Shown: positions 1-12,261 of the stretch, one piece after another
Layout: each line of letters starts with the position of its first letter
Numbering within the stretch: position 1 is the first letter of the stretch
NCBI GenBank assembly: GCA_049840735.1
Contig: JASGJN010000020.1
Span: forward strand, 160,001-224,000
DNA length: 64,000 bases
Direction: 5' to 3'
Source: Anaeromyxobacter sp.
GTDB taxonomy: Bacteria > Myxococcota > Myxococcia > Myxococcales > Anaeromyxobacteraceae
The notes under the pieces: model-generated
What the model was told of the DNA's origin: nothing
What the model saw: the letters and a program-made list of their open reading frames with translations, nothing else
The model's database searches: none
Position numbers and translations under genes: made by a program

Positions 1-199
1 TGGCGTTGGTCGGGTCGATGGCCTCGCCGTCCACCAGCGTGAGCCGCCCCACGCCGGCCCGGGCCAGCGCCTCGGCCGTGAAGGAACCCACGCCGCCGAT
101 CCCCAGCACCACCACATGGGCGGCGCGCAGGCGGGCCATGGCCTCCAGGCCGAGCAGGCGGGCGGTGCGGTCGTGCTCTGGGGGAACGGGGCGCGCCAT
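1..199 (-). CDS. tcdA: ThiF/E1-like protein, probably tRNA threonylcarbamoyladenosine dehydratase (runs off the window edge)
   Basis: Manual translation from ATG at 199: MARPVPPEHDRTARLLGLEAMARLRAAHVVVLGIGGVGSFTAEALARAGVGRLTLVDGEAIDPTN, with the ThiF GxGGVG motif; close to tatD. Confidence 0.8.
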   Translation of the reverse strand, partial: MARPVPPEHDRTARLLGLEAMARLRAAHVVVLGIGGVGSFTAEALARAGVGRLTLVDGEAIDPTNA

Positions 200-240
200 C
201 GGCGCGGGTGTACACCGCCGGGCCGGCGGCGCTCAACCGC

Positions 241-597
241 TCAGGCGCGCGCCAGCGCCTGCCCGCCCGGCGCGTAGTCGGTGTCCTCGCAGGAGCCGTC
301 GGCGCGCCAGACCACCTTGTGGCGCAGGTGGCCGTCCTGCAGCACCTGCTCCTCGCTGACCGCGCCGCCGAACAGCCGCGGCTTGCGGTACCAGACGCGC
401 CAGGTGATGTGCCGAGGGTCGTGCGCGTCGAGCTGCTCGCGGTCGATCTCCACCGCCGTGAACTGCCAGCGGAGCGCGTGCGGGACGTTGGAGATGCAGA
501 CCGGGATGAAGCCGCCGTCGGGGCCGATCACCACCAGCCGGTGGAGCCACCAGGCGCGCAGGAACTCGTGGGGCGGCTGCTCGATCTGCCGGGTCAT
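241..597 (-). CDS. hypothetical protein (118 aa)
   Basis: C-terminal part of ORF 241..1560 from MTRQIEQ; GGGAGG RBS upstream; protein-like composition; fills the tcdA-tatD gap. Confidence 0.65.
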   Translation of the reverse strand: MTRQIEQPPHEFLRAWWLHRLVVIGPDGGFIPVCISNVPHALRWQFTAVEIDREQLDAHDPRHITWRVWYRKPRLFGGAVSEEQVLQDGHLRHKVVWRADGSCEDTDYAPGGQALARA

Positions 598-707
598 GCT
601 TCCTCCCGTCCGCACTGGCCTTCCACCCGCAGGCTGGCAGGGATGACGCAGCAAGACAAACCTCTTCGGAGGGCCCCGTGGGGCGGGGCCGGCACAACCC
701 CGCAGTT

Positions 708-1490
708 CTACGGACCGTCCAGGCGGAAGAGCCGCCGGGCGTTGTCCGACGTCAAGCGGTCCACCTCCGCCGGAGGGAGCCCCAGCGCCGCGGCCAGCGC
801 GTCGCGCACCTCGCCCAGGTAGGCCGGCTCGTTCCGGTCGCGGTGCGGGCGCGGGGTCTGGTCGGGGGCGTCCGTCTCGATGAGCAGCCGGTCCCGGGGC
901 ACGGCGCGGGCGGCGGCGGGTCCCTTCCGCGCCCGCTCGTAGGTGAGCGGCCCGGCGAACGCGAAGTGGAGCCCCAGCGCGGCGAAGGGCGGCACCTGCT
1001 CGGCGCTGCCGGAGAAGCTGTGGAGCGCGCCGCCGGCCGGGAGCGGCTCCTGCTCGAGGAGCTGCAGCAGCGGCGGGAGCGCGTGCAGGGCATGGAGGCT
1101 TACGGGCAGCCGGTAGCGGCGGGCCAGCTGGAGCTGGCCGCGCAGCACCGCCACCTGCCGGTCCATGGGCGCGCCGGCCTCGACCGAGCCGCCGTCGAGC
1201 CCGCACTCGCCCACGCAGCGCGCGCCGCCGCGGAGCAGCGCGGCCTCGAGGTCGGCCAGGCGGCGGTCGTCGTCGCGCGGGTCCAGCTCGGGCAGGAGCT
1301 GCGGGTGCATGCCCAGGCCGAAGTGGACGCCGGGGGTGGCGAGGGCCCAGGCGCGGAGCGGCTCCCAGCCGGAGGGGCCGACGGCGGGGACGATCACGTC
1401 GGTCACGCCGGCGGCCTGCGCGCGGGCCCAGGCTGCGGCGCGGTCGGGGTGGAAGGCGGGGCCGTCGAGGTGGCAGTGGGTGTCGATCAC
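708..1490 (-). CDS. tatD: TatD family hydrolase/DNase
   Basis: IDTHCHLD, GMHP, VGECGLD, LHSFSG and LIETDAP motifs. Confidence 0.93.
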   Translation of the reverse strand: MIDTHCHLDGPAFHPDRAAAWARAQAAGVTDVIVPAVGPSGWEPLRAWALATPGVHFGLGMHPQLLPELDPRDDDRRLADLEAALLRGGARCVGECGLDGGSVEAGAPMDRQVAVLRGQLQLARRYRLPVSLHALHALPPLLQLLEQEPLPAGGALHSFSGSAEQVPPFAALGLHFAFAGPLTYERARKGPAAARAVPRDRLLIETDAPDQTPRPHRDRNEPAYLGEVRDALAAALGLPPAEVDRLTSDNARRLFRLDGP

Positions 1491-1506
1491 CGGGCGGACC
1501 TCTCTC

Positions 1507-1554
1507 GCCCTTCGACTCCGGGCCGCTGCGCGGCCCTACGCTCAGGGCGAACGG
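1507..1554. repeat. REP-like palindromic element, single copy
   Basis: gcccttcgactccg-GGCCGC tgc GCGGCC-ctacgctcagggcgaacgg; reverse complement of the unit in the 51.2-52.0 kb array. Confidence 0.85.
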
Positions 1555-1593
1555 GAGCATACGCCCGCGGCGACCCGGGGCGCGCCCGGGCGC

Positions 1594-2842
1594 CTACACC
1601 AGCTGCATGAACAGCAGGTTCGGATCCTCGAGGTACTTGATGACCTCGTACGCGAACGCCGCCGCCTCGTGGCCGTCCACCACGCGGTGGTCGCTGGTGA
1701 CCGAGACGTGCAGCACGTCGCGCACCACCACCTGGCCGTCGCGCACCACCGGCGTGGGCCGGATCCGGTGCACGCCCAGGATGCCGACCTCGGGGTGGTT
1801 GAGCACCGGGGTGGCGAAGAGGCCCCCCAGGGCGCCCAGGCTGGTGACGGTGAAGGTGGAGTGGCCCAGGTCCTCCGGGCGGGAGCGGCCGGCCTTGGAG
1901 TCGGACGAGAGCCGCTCGATTCTCGCGGGCCACGTCCAGCAGCGAGCGCTGGTCGGCGCCGCGGACCACCGGCACGATCAGCCCCTGCTCCGTGGCCGCG
2001 GCGATGCCGATGTCGTAGCGCTTCTTGAGGACGATCTCGCCCTTCTCCTCGTCCAGCGCGGCGTTGAGCTTGGGGTGCTTGCGGAGCGCAGCCACCACCG
2101 CCTTCACCACGAAGGGCAGGAAGGTGACCTTCACCCCCTCCCCCTTCGCAGCCGCGGCGATCCGCTCCTTCACCCGCACCAGCTCGGTCACGTCCACCTG
2201 CTCCACGAAGGTGAAGTGGGCGGCGGTCCGCTTGGAGCGGGCCATGTTCTCGGCGATGCGCTTGCGCAGCCCGCGCAGCGGGATCCGCTCCTCGGCGGCG
2301 GACGCCGGGCGGACCAGGTTGAGCGGCGGCGGGGCGGCGGGCGACTGCAGCGGCTGCGCCCCCCTGGCGTGGCCGTTGGTGCCGGCGCGCGCCGCCGTCA
2401 GGTCGTCCTTGGTGACGCGGCCGCCCGGGCCGGACCCTGCCACGTCCTGCAGGTCCACGCCCAGCTCGCGCGCCAGGGCGCGGACCGCCGGCGTGGCCAG
2501 CGCCTTCTGGCCGGGCGCGCGCGGCGCGGCCGCCTGCTGGGGCGCGGGAGGCTGCGCGGCCGGTGCCGCCGGCGCGGAGTGCGCCTCGGCGGCGGGCGCC
2601 GCCCCCTCCAGCTCCAGCTCGATGAGCGGTGAGTGGACCTTGGCCACCTCGCCCACCTTCCAGAAGAGCTTCACCACCTTGCCGCGCCGGGGCGAGGGGA
2701 TCGTGACCGTGGCCTTGTCGGTCATGACCTCGACCAGCGGCTGGTCCTCAGCCACCTGGTCGCCCGGCTGGACGAACCACTGCTGGACCTCCGCCTCGAC
2801 CACGCCCTCGCCGATGTCGGGGAGCTCGAGCTTGAAGGACAT
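1594..2842 (-). CDS. dihydrolipoamide acyltransferase E2 of branched-chain 2-oxoacid dehydrogenase; +1 frameshift at ~1920 (probable sequencing error)
   Basis: Lipoyl domain VMTDKA, binding domain LATPAVRALARE; catalytic C-terminus (TSDHRVVDG) is in ORF 1594..1806; removing one base at GATTC 1918-1922 restores ..AREIERLS.. Confidence 0.9.
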
Positions 2843-2861
2843 GCGAAGACTCCTCGGGAGG

Positions 2862-3836
2862 CTAGTAGGCGATGACCTCGCGGATGGCCTGCAGGATGCG
2901 CGGCGCCCGCGGCAGGTACTCGTTCTCGAGCGTGTACGGGAAGGGCGTGTCGAACCCGGTGACGCGCCGGACCGGCGCCTCCAGGTGCAGGAAGCAGCGC
3001 TCCTGGATGAGCGCGGCCAGCTCGGCGCCGAAGCCGCAGGTGCGCGGGGCCTCGTGGACCACCACCGCCCGGCCGGTCTTCGAGACCGAGGCCGTGATGG
3101 CGTCCACGTCCAGCGGCTGGAGCGAGCGCAGGTCGACCACCTCGCAGTCGATGCCGTCCGCCTCGGCCTCCTGGGCGGCCTGCGCCGCCTCGTGCCACAT
3201 GGCGCCCCAGGCCAGCACCGTCACCTGCGTCCCCTCGCGCGTCACGCGGGCCTTGCCGATGGGCTCCAGGTACTCGCCCTCGGGGACCTCGCCCTTGGCG
3301 GCGCGGTAGATGCGCTTCGGCTCGAAGAAGAGCACCGGGTCCGGATTGCGGAGCGCGGAGAGCAGGAGCCCCTTGGCGTCGCGCGGCGTGGCCGGCACCA
3401 CCACCTTGAGGCCGGCGGTGTGCAGGAAGTGGGTCTCGGGCGACTGCGAGTGGTAGTGGCCGCCCTTGATGCCGCCGCCGTAGGGCGTGCGGATCACCAT
3501 CCCGCAGCCGTACTGGCCGCCCGAGCGGTAGCGGTACTTGGCCACCTCGCTCAGGATCTGGTCCATGGCCGGGAAGATGAAGTCGGCGAACTGGATCTCC
3601 GCCACCGGCTTCATGCCGTAGAGCGCCATCCCGATGGCCGTGCCGATGATGCCGCCCTCGGCCAGCGGCGTGTCGATGACGCGCTCCAGCCCGAACTCCT
3701 CGCCCAGCCCCTGCGTGGCGCGGAAGACGCCGCCGAACTTGCCGACGTCCTCGCCCAGCACCACCACGTCGGGGTTGCGGCGCATCTCGAGCTTCAGCGC
3801 GTCGTTGACCGCCTGGATGATGTTCATCGTGGCCAT
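2862..3836 (-). CDS. 2-oxoacid (likely branched-chain) dehydrogenase E1 beta subunit
   Basis: GEDVGKFGGVFRAT, DTPLAE, EIQFADF, GGHYHSQS motifs. Confidence 0.93.
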   Translation of the reverse strand: MATMNIIQAVNDALKLEMRRNPDVVVLGEDVGKFGGVFRATQGLGEEFGLERVIDTPLAEGGIIGTAIGMALYGMKPVAEIQFADFIFPAMDQILSEVAKYRYRSGGQYGCGMVIRTPYGGGIKGGHYHSQSPETHFLHTAGLKVVVPATPRDAKGLLLSALRNPDPVLFFEPKRIYRAAKGEVPEGEYLEPIGKARVTREGTQVTVLAWGAMWHEAAQAAQEAEADGIDCEVVDLRSLQPLDVDAITASVSKTGRAVVVHEAPRTCGFGAELAALIQERCFLHLEAPVRRVTGFDTPFPYTLENEYLPRAPRILQAIREVIAY

Positions 3837-3843
3837 GCGCGCC

Positions 3844-5034
3844 TCAGGTGCCGGAGTGGCGCGGGTTGCCCACGCGCGGATCGGCCGCCAGGGCCTGGCG
3901 CAGCTCGTCCAGCTGCTCGCGTTGCTGCCAGAGCGGCTCGGCGTACACGTCCTCGAAGAGCGACTCCAGCGGCGGCTTGGCCGGGTGGGCCTCCGCCTCC
4001 TTGAGCGCGCGCTGCAGCTCCTCGCGCACGCCCTCCTTCAGCTGCGCGTCGGCCGCGTCGTCCAGCAGGCTGCGCCGGGCCAGGTGGCGGCGCAGCCGCA
4101 GGATGGGGTCCTTCTTCTTCCACGGCTCGACCAGCTCGGCCGGGCGGTAGGCGCGCGGGTCGTCGGAGGTGGAGTGGCCCTCGACGCGGTAGGTGACGCA
4201 CTCGAGCAGCGTGGGCCCCTCCCCCGCCGCGGCGCGCGCGCGGGCCTCGCGGGTGGCCTGCAGGACCGCCAGCAGGTCGTTCCCGTCCACCCGCTCGCCG
4301 CGCATCCCGTAGGCCACCGCCTTCTGCGCGATGGTCTCGGAGGCGGTCTGCCGCTCGCGCGGCATGCTGATGGCCCAGCCGTTGTTGCGGCAGACGAAGA
4401 CCACCGGGATGCGGTTCACCGCGGCGAAGTTGAGGCCGGTGTGGAAGTCGTGGGCGCTGGTGGCGCCCTCGCCGAAGTAGGTCAGCGCCACCATCTCGTC
4501 GCCGCGCAGCCGCGCGGCCCAGGCGGCGCCCACCGCCTGGCTCACCTGCGTGGCGATGGGCGAGCTGATGGAGGTGAAGTGCCCGTCCTTCCAGGCCTCG
4601 TGGCAGGGCATCTGCCGGCCCTTGATCAGGTCGCCGGCGTTGCCGAACAGGTCGCACAGGAAGGTGGGCAGCGGCAGCCCCCGCATCAGCGCCGCGCCGT
4701 GCTCGCGGTAGCAGGGGAAGATCCAGTCGGTCGGGGCCATGGCGGCCACGGTCCCGTAGACGGTGGCCTCCTCGCCGATGGCGCCGATGTAGAAGCCGAT
4801 GCGGCCCTGGCGCTGGAGCGTGATCATCCGCTCGTCCAGCGCCCGCCCCAGCAGCATCCAGCGGTACAGCGCCAGCGCCTCGGCGTCCGGGAGCAGCGCG
4901 GCCGCGCCCTCGGCCTGGCCGTCGTCGCCCAGCACCACCCGGAGCGGGAACTCGCGCGCCCACCGGCCCTCGGCCTCGACGCCGCCGCCGCGGCCCAGCC
5001 GGCGTACCGGCCCGGCCTCATCCTCTCGACGCAT
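3844..5034 (-). CDS. 2-oxoacid (likely branched-chain) dehydrogenase E1 alpha subunit
   Basis: [13 protein letters not shown] motif GEGATS...NN, HSTSDDP; ATG 5034 has a GGAG RBS (alternative GTG 5055 overlaps the lipA stop). Confidence 0.92.
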   Translation of the reverse strand: MRREDEAGPVRRLGRGGGVEAEGRWAREFPLRVVLGDDGQAEGAAALLPDAEALALYRWMLLGRALDERMITLQRQGRIGFYIGAIGEEATVYGTVAAMAPTDWIFPCYREHGAALMRGLPLPTFLCDLFGNAGDLIKGRQMPCHEAWKDGHFTSISSPIATQVSQAVGAAWAARLRGDEMVALTYFGEGATSAHDFHTGLNFAAVNRIPVVFVCRNNGWAISMPRERQTASETIAQKAVAYGMRGERVDGNDLLAVLQATREARARAAAGEGPTLLECVTYRVEGHSTSDDPRAYRPAELVEPWKKKDPILRLRRHLARRSLLDDAADAQLKEGVREELQRALKEAEAHPAKPPLESLFEDVYAEPLWQQREQLDELRQALAADPRVGNPRHSGT

Positions 5035-5051
5035 GCCGCCCTCCGCCGCGC

Positions 5052-6042
5052 TCACCGGGCCACCCTCGCCTCGATCTCGCCCCGCAGGAACAGCTCCGCC
5101 GCCCGGTACGACGAGCGGACCAGCGGCCCGCTCGCGACGTACCGGAACCCGTGCGCCAGGCCGCGCTCGCGGTAGGCCGCGAACCGCTCCGGCGAGATCC
5201 ACTCCACCACCGGCAGGTGCCAGGCGCTGGGGCGCAGGTACTGCCCCAGCGTGAGGATCTCCACCCCGTGCGCGCGGAGGTCCGCCATGGCCTCGTCCAC
5301 CTCGGCCTCGGTTCTCGCCCAGCCCGACCATGATCGAGGACTTGGTCACCACCTGCGGGAACTCGCGCTTCATCTGCTCCAGCACGCGCAGCGTCTGGTC
5401 GTACGACGCCTTCGCGTCGCGGACCACCGGCGTGAGCCGCCGCACGGTCTCGAGGTTGTTCGCGAAGACGTCCGGCGCGGCGCGGCCCACGGTCCGGACG
5501 GCCTCGGCGTCGCCCTGGAAGTCCGGGGTCAGCACCTCGACCAGCAGCCCGGGGATGGCCTTCAGCCGGCGGATGGCGTCGGCGAAGTGGCCCGCCCCGC
5601 CGTCCGGCAGGTCGTCGCGATCGACGCTGGTGACCACCAGGTAGTCGAGCCCCAGCTCCGCCACGGCCTCGGCCAGGTGGCGCGGCTCGTCCGGATCGAG
5701 CGGCGGCGGCCGGGCCGCGGTCTTCACGTGGCAGAAGCGGCACCCGCGCGTGCAGGTGTCGCCCATCAGCATGACCGTGGCGGTCCCGCCGCCCCAGCAC
5801 TCGGCGACGTTCGGGCAGCGGGCCTCGGCGCAGACGGTGTGGAGCTTGAGCCCCTGCAGCGTGTCGCGGACGCGCTGGTAGCGCTCGCCGCCCGGCACGC
5901 CCACCCGGAGCCAGCCGGGCTTCTTGGCGTCCATGGGCAGCCCGCGCTCCCTCATGGCGGCCGCGATGTCGCGGCGGCTGGAGGGCTCGGGGCCCGGCCC
6001 CTGCTGGACGATGGGCAGGCTGGTGCGCGTGGTCGCTGACAT
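5052..6042 (-). CDS. lipA: lipoyl synthase; +1 frameshift at ~5312 (probable sequencing error)
   Basis: [12 protein letters not shown] and CTRGCRFC clusters; C-terminal GQYLRP and RSSY lie in ORF 5052..5300; GAGAACC to GAGACC restores GLGETEAEV. Confidence 0.92.
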
Positions 6043-6055
6043 GGTGGCCGCCGCC

Positions 6056-6084
6056 GATGTAGCGGTGACGGCGGGCTGGGTCAA
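6056..6084 (-). promoter_or_regulatory. putative sigma70 promoter of the lipA-E1-E2 operon
   Basis: Minus strand TTGACC-N17-TACATC just upstream of the lipA ATG. Confidence 0.5.
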
Positions 6085-6142
6085 GCGAGCCCGCTCGCCT
6101 GCGCCCTCTTCGCCTGACGCACCCAGACGCACACGGGCCGCG

Positions 6143-6151
6143 TGGTATAGT
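6143..6151 (+). promoter_or_regulatory. extended -10 element for the HD-GYP regulator
   Basis: TGGTATAGT (TGn + TATAGT) about 65 bp upstream of ATG 6215. Confidence 0.45.
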
Positions 6152-6214
6152 GCGCCGTCCCGCAGGGGTGGCGGCGCTGTCACCCAGCGGCAACAGACCT
6201 CTGGCCCGCCCGAC

Positions 6215-7291
6215 ATGCCGGATACCCCCTCGCCGAACGCCACCCGCGTCCTGATCGTCGATGACGATCCCTCCGTCCGCGACGTCATCGCGGTGCTGCT
6301 GCGCGAGGCCGGATACGTCTGCTCCTCGGTGGCCGGAGCGGAGGCCGCGCTCGACGCGGCGCGTCTCTCCGAGTACCCGCTGGTGATCAGCGACGTGCGC
6401 ATGCCTGGGCGTGACGGGCGCTGGCTCCTGGAGCGGCTCCGCGAGGAGCACCCGGACACTGCCGTGATCATGCTCACCGGCTTCGGCGACACCGAGGCCG
6501 CGGTCGAGTGCCTGCGCACCGGCGCCGCCGACTACCTGCTCAAGCCACCCAAGGTCACCGACCTGGTGCGGGCCATCGAGCGGGCCCTCGGGCGGCGGCG
6601 GCTCGACCTGGCGCGCCAGCGGTACCGGCGCAGCCTCGAGGACCGGGTCCGCGAGAAGACCGCCGAGCTGTCGCGCACGCTGCTCGATCTGGAGGCCACC
6701 TACAGCCAGACGCTGCTGACGCTGGTGGCCGCGCTCGACGCGCGCGAGCACGAGACCAGCGACCACTCGCAGCGGGTGGTCCGGTACACGCTGGCCATCG
6801 CGCGGCGGCTGGGGCTGCCCGAGGCCGACCTGCCCGACCTGGGGCGCGGGGCGCTGCTGCACGACATCGGCAAGATCGGCGTGCCCGACGCGATCCTGCT
6901 CAAGCCCGACCGGCTCACCCAGGAGGAATGGACCGAGATGCGGAAGCACCCGCAGGTCGGCTTCAACATCCTGCAGTCGGTCTCCTTCCTGACCAGGCCT
7001 GCCGAGATGGTGCTGGCCCACCAGGAGCGCTGGGACGGCAGCGGCTACCCGCGCGGCCTGGCCGGCGAGGAGATCCCGCTCTTCGCCCGAATCTTCGCCC
7101 TCGCGGACACCTACGACGCCATGACCAGCGACCGCCCCTACCGCAAGGGGCTGCCCATCGCCGCGGCGCGCGCCGAGGTGCTCCGCTGCGCCGGCACGCA
7201 GTTCGACCCGCGCTGCGCCGAGGCCTTCCTCTCGCTGCCGGACGGGCTGCTGCAGGAGCTGGCGCGCGCGGGCGGGATGCCGAAGCTGTAG
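6215..7291 (+). CDS. response regulator receiver + HD-GYP cyclic dinucleotide phosphodiesterase
   Basis: LIVDDD...SDVRMPG receiver; LHDIGK and [11 protein letters not shown]. Confidence 0.92.
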   Translation: MPDTPSPNATRVLIVDDDPSVRDVIAVLLREAGYVCSSVAGAEAALDAARLSEYPLVISDVRMPGRDGRWLLERLREEHPDTAVIMLTGFGDTEAAVECLRTGAADYLLKPPKVTDLVRAIERALGRRRLDLARQRYRRSLEDRVREKTAELSRTLLDLEATYSQTLLTLVAALDAREHETSDHSQRVVRYTLAIARRLGLPEADLPDLGRGALLHDIGKIGVPDAILLKPDRLTQEEWTEMRKHPQVGFNILQSVSFLTRPAEMVLAHQERWDGSGYPRGLAGEEIPLFARIFALADTYDAMTSDRPYRKGLPIAAARAEVLRCAGTQFDPRCAEAFLSLPDGLLQELARAGGMPKL

Positions 7292-7306
7292 CCGCGCTCG
7301 GCGCCT

Positions 7307-7439
7307 GGCCTTCGACTCCGTTCACCCTGAGCGTAGCGCCCGCGCAGCGGGAGCGGAGTCGAAGGGCTCAGGCCGAACGGTGGCATGGCCCGTTCGCCCT
7401 GAGCGTAGCCGCGGCAACGCCGCGGCGAAGTCGAAGGGC
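7307..7439. repeat. cluster of three REP-like elements, one nested inside another
   Basis: ccttcgactcc[gttcaccctgagcgtagc...gcggagtcgaagg]gctcaggccgaacgg followed by a full copy 7390-7439, between convergent genes. Confidence 0.85.
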
Positions 7440-7449
7440 AGGGCCCCGC

Positions 7450-8439
7450 TCACGCCGCCAGCGCGAACCGCAGCTCCGGCGTCATCTCCCCCGGGCGCCC
7501 GTCGCCGGCCAGGAAGCGCACGTCGAGCGCCCGCGCCTCCAGGTCGTAGACGCCGCGCCAGAGCGGGCGCACGCCCGGGACCGCGGCCAGCGCCAGCGCC
7601 CAGGCCGCGTCGAGGGCCGCCGCCGTCCAGCCGCGCACGCCCGCCGCCAGCGCCGACCGGAGCGCCCGCAGCGCACAATCCGTGAAGAGCAGCGGCGCGT
7701 CCGGCGCCTCCGGCCGGTGCGCCGTGGCGCCCGAGGCGGTCCGCTCCACCGCCAGCGCAGCGCCGCCGCGATCGGCCACGATCCAGCGCCCGCAGGCGGC
7801 GCCCGGCGGCGCCGCCGCCAGCAGCTCCCCCGCCTCCTCGGCGGTGCGGCAGCCGTCCAGCACCACCCGCGCCAGCTGCAGGCCGTCCAGCGGCGGCCGC
7901 CCGCCCGGCGGGTCCTCGCCGGGCACCGCCACCACGCCCAGCCCGGCCGCGTTGATCCCGTCCAGCACGCCGCCCAGCAGGTCGAAGGCCACCAGCGCCA
8001 GCGAGGGCAGCCCCTGGTCCGGATGGAGCTCCAGCAGGTAGGGGCGCGACGACGAGAGCGGCAGCGGGCCCTCCCCCTCCGGCGCCTCCAGCACGCGGGC
8101 CAAGAGCGGCCCGCCCGCCGTGGTCAGCGCGGCCGGGACGAAGGCGGCGGCCCCGGGGCCCACCTTCACCGGCGCGCCCAGCCGCGAGAGGAGCGCCCCG
8201 GGCCCGGCCGCCCCGCGGACCCGCTCCACCAGGGCGGCGGCGCGGCTGATCAGCCAGGCCCCGGCCTCCAGCGGCGCCTCCACCGGCGCGGGCGGGACGC
8301 CATAGCGTCCCCGCGCCAGCTCAGCCAGGTGACGACCGATCTGCCGGTCGGTCCCCCGCAGGCTCAGGTGGTGCACCAGCACCTCGTCCCGGCTCCGCCC
8401 GCCGCCGCTGACAATCCGTTCCTCGACGCGCAGCGCCAT
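7450..8439 (-). CDS. peptidase C45 / Ntn-hydrolase-like protein, apparently lacking the catalytic Cys
   Basis: LRGTDRQIGRHLAELAR, LGGVLDGINAAGL, RVVLDGCRTAEEA, WIVADRGG resemble C45/AAT family segments. Confidence 0.6.
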   Translation of the reverse strand: MALRVEERIVSGGGRSRDEVLVHHLSLRGTDRQIGRHLAELARGRYGVPPAPVEAPLEAGAWLISRAAALVERVRGAAGPGALLSRLGAPVKVGPGAAAFVPAALTTAGGPLLARVLEAPEGEGPLPLSSSRPYLLELHPDQGLPSLALVAFDLLGGVLDGINAAGLGVVAVPGEDPPGGRPPLDGLQLARVVLDGCRTAEEAGELLAAAPPGAACGRWIVADRGGAALAVERTASGATAHRPEAPDAPLLFTDCALRALRSALAAGVRGWTAAALDAAWALALAAVPGVRPLWRGVYDLEARALDVRFLAGDGRPGEMTPELRFALAA

Positions 8440-8562
8440 CTCGTGCTCCCGCGGCCCGGAGGGCCGGTCCGCCTGGGTGGAAGGGGAGCTTGAGACACGA
8501 CGACCCGCGCGGAAAGATCCGCGCGGGTCGCTGTACCGACCTGGGATGATCGGCGTGACGCG

Positions 8563-8982
8563 CTACGCCGCAGCGGCGCGCGGGTGCACGTTGGTCTTGA
8601 TCCACTCGATGGTGGTGCCGGTCGGCGTGCCGGGCAGGAACACCGCCGCGACGCCCTTCTCCTGCAGCCGGGGCACGTCGTCCTGCGGGATGATGCCGCC
8701 GCCGAAGACCACGATGTCGCCGGCGCCCTTCTCCTTGAGCAGCTCGATGACGGCCGGGAAGACCGTCATGTGCGCGCCGGAGAGGATGGACATGCCGATC
8801 GCGTCGGCGTCCTCCTGGATGGCGGTCGCGACGATCATCTCCGGCGTCTGGTGCAGGCCGGTGTAGATCACCTCGAAGCCGGCGTCGCGGAGCGCGCGGG
8901 CGATGATCTTGGCGCCGCGGTCATGGCCATCCAGGCCGGGCTTCGCGACGACGATACGCAGGGGACGATCTTTCGCGGTCAT
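8563..8982 (-). CDS. cobalamin-binding small subunit of acyl-CoA mutase (IcmB/McmB type)
   Basis: [13 protein letters not shown]12-binding motif, SILSGAH, FGGGIIP; ATGA overlap with the upstream gene. Confidence 0.92.
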   Translation of the reverse strand: MTAKDRPLRIVVAKPGLDGHDRGAKIIARALRDAGFEVIYTGLHQTPEMIVATAIQEDADAIGMSILSGAHMTVFPAVIELLKEKGAGDIVVFGGGIIPQDDVPRLQEKGVAAVFLPGTPTGTTIEWIKTNVHPRAAAA

Positions 8983-9752
8983 GTCGGCTTCTCCAGCACG
9001 GCCACCAGGTCCGGCGCTTCGGCGCCGGGGTCCGGACACGAGGTCCGCCCCGCGTCCGTGGTGCTCGTGATCTGCACGATGCGGAGTCCCGCCGCTCCAG
9101 CCAGCGGGCGCCACTCGGCGGGGCTGTAGTACCGCAACTCGGCGGTGGCCGCCAGCACAGGACGCCCCGGAAGGATCAAGCGGCGGTGAGCGCGCTCCAC
9201 CCCGCTGGCGGGATCGAACTCCGCTTCCTCCTGGACTATCCCTCCGCCGGGCAGCGTCCGGTGCGCGGTCTCGCGCGGGTGGAGCGCCAGCGCCAACGGG
9301 TTGGCGTGGTGCACGAGCGCGCGCCCGCCCGGCCGCAGCACGCGCGCCAGCTCACGCAGGCACGCCAGGTTCGAGGTGTCGTCGAACATGAACAGCGCCG
9401 CGTACCAGGACCAGGCGGCGTCGAGGCTGGCGCTGCGGAGCGGCAGGTCGCGCACGTCTCCCTGCACCCAGTGCGGCGCCGGGCCGCGGCCCGCGGGCGC
9501 GCGCTGGCCCAGCCGCAGATACGGACCGGACCGGTCCAGTGCGACGATTTCACGCACCCGCGGCGCGAGTTGCAGGGCGTGCCGGCCGTGGCCGCAGGCG
9601 AGATCCAGGCAGCGATCGGTGGAGCCGAGCGAGAGCACCCGCGCGATGAGCTCGGCCTCGAGCGCGGAGAGCCGCGGCGTGAGCAGGTCCCGCACCGAGG
9701 CGAGGTAGAGCTCGCCGTAGTAGCCGTCCGACCAGTGGGGCGCGCCGTCCAC
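8979..9752 (-). CDS. class I SAM-dependent methyltransferase
   Basis: [10 protein letters not shown] motif [16 protein letters not shown]. Confidence 0.85.
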   Translation of the reverse strand: MDGAPHWSDGYYGELYLASVRDLLTPRLSALEAELIARVLSLGSTDRCLDLACGHGRHALQLAPRVREIVALDRSGPYLRLGQRAPAGRGPAPHWVQGDVRDLPLRSASLDAAWSWYAALFMFDDTSNLACLRELARVLRPGGRALVHHANPLALALHPRETAHRTLPGGGIVQEEAEFDPASGVERAHRRLILPGRPVLAATAELRYYSPAEWRPLAGAAGLRIVQITSTTDAGRTSCPDPGAEAPDLVAVLEKPT

Positions 9753-9811
9753 GGCGCTAGTCTACGCCCGCGCGGCGCGCGCGGGGTCCTCGGCCGCGGG
9801 GTGGCGCCCGG

Positions 9812-11608
<1,797 letters not shown>

Positions 11609-11752
11609 GGCGCTCCCCTCGCGACTGATTCGGTGCCGCGATTAACCTGCGCGCCGGCGCGCGGCCAGGCGCGCCGCAGGTCCGCGCCGGGGCGCCCGCA
11701 CCACCGGGGTATACTCCCGGGGCTTCCGGCCCCACGCCCACAGGAGCCCACC

Positions 11753-12250
11753 ATGCCCTGGCGCATCGCCCTCGCCGCCGCCCTGCTCTCGCTCCCGTCC
11801 GCGGCGCTCGCCCAGGACCCCTGCTCCGAGGCCATGGCCAGCCTCTGCCCGCGCTCGCGCGGCGACCTGGTCCTGATGGACTGCTTCAGCCTCCACCGGC
11901 AGGAGCTGGACAAGGCCTGCCCCGGCGATTTCCAGGCGGTGCTGGCCCGGGCCGAGAAGATTGGCCAGGGGTGCAAGGCCGACGTGGAGAAGCTCTGCAA
12001 GGATGTCACCCCCGGTGACGGGCGGGTGGCCTACTGCCTGAAGCAGCACGAGAGCGAGCTCTCCAGCTCCTGCCAGGACGGGTTCAACACCTGGCGGATG
12101 ATGCGCATGGAGCTGACCTCGGCCTGCGCCGGCGACATCGCCCAGCTCTGCCAGGACGTGCCTGCGGGCAGCGGGCGGGTCTGGAGCTGCCTCAAGGCCA
12201 GCGAGGCCAAGCTGGGCGGCGGCTGCCGGGACGCGGTGAAGAAGCTCTAG
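11753..12250 (+). CDS. secreted cysteine-rich (GLG1-type) repeat protein
   Basis: Signal peptide MPWRIALAAALLSLPSAALA; three C-x7-C...C-L...C repeats such as CKADVEKLCKDVTPGDGRVAYCLKQHESELSSSC; AGGAG RBS; TATACT at 11710-11715. Confidence 0.8.
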   Translation: MPWRIALAAALLSLPSAALAQDPCSEAMASLCPRSRGDLVLMDCFSLHRQELDKACPGDFQAVLARAEKIGQGCKADVEKLCKDVTPGDGRVAYCLKQHESELSSSCQDGFNTWRMMRMELTSACAGDIAQLCQDVPAGSGRVWSCLKASEAKLGGGCRDAVKKL

Positions 12251-12261
12251 CCTGGGCCGCC

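Noticed and set aside
3844..6519. 891-aa LipA-E1alpha fusion
   Set aside because: Produced by the frameshift at ~5312; the true lipA C-terminus is in another frame and stops at 5052
11609..11750. Cobalamin riboswitch upstream of the mutase
   Set aside because: Region is short, shared with a divergent promoter, and shows no B12-box-like sequence
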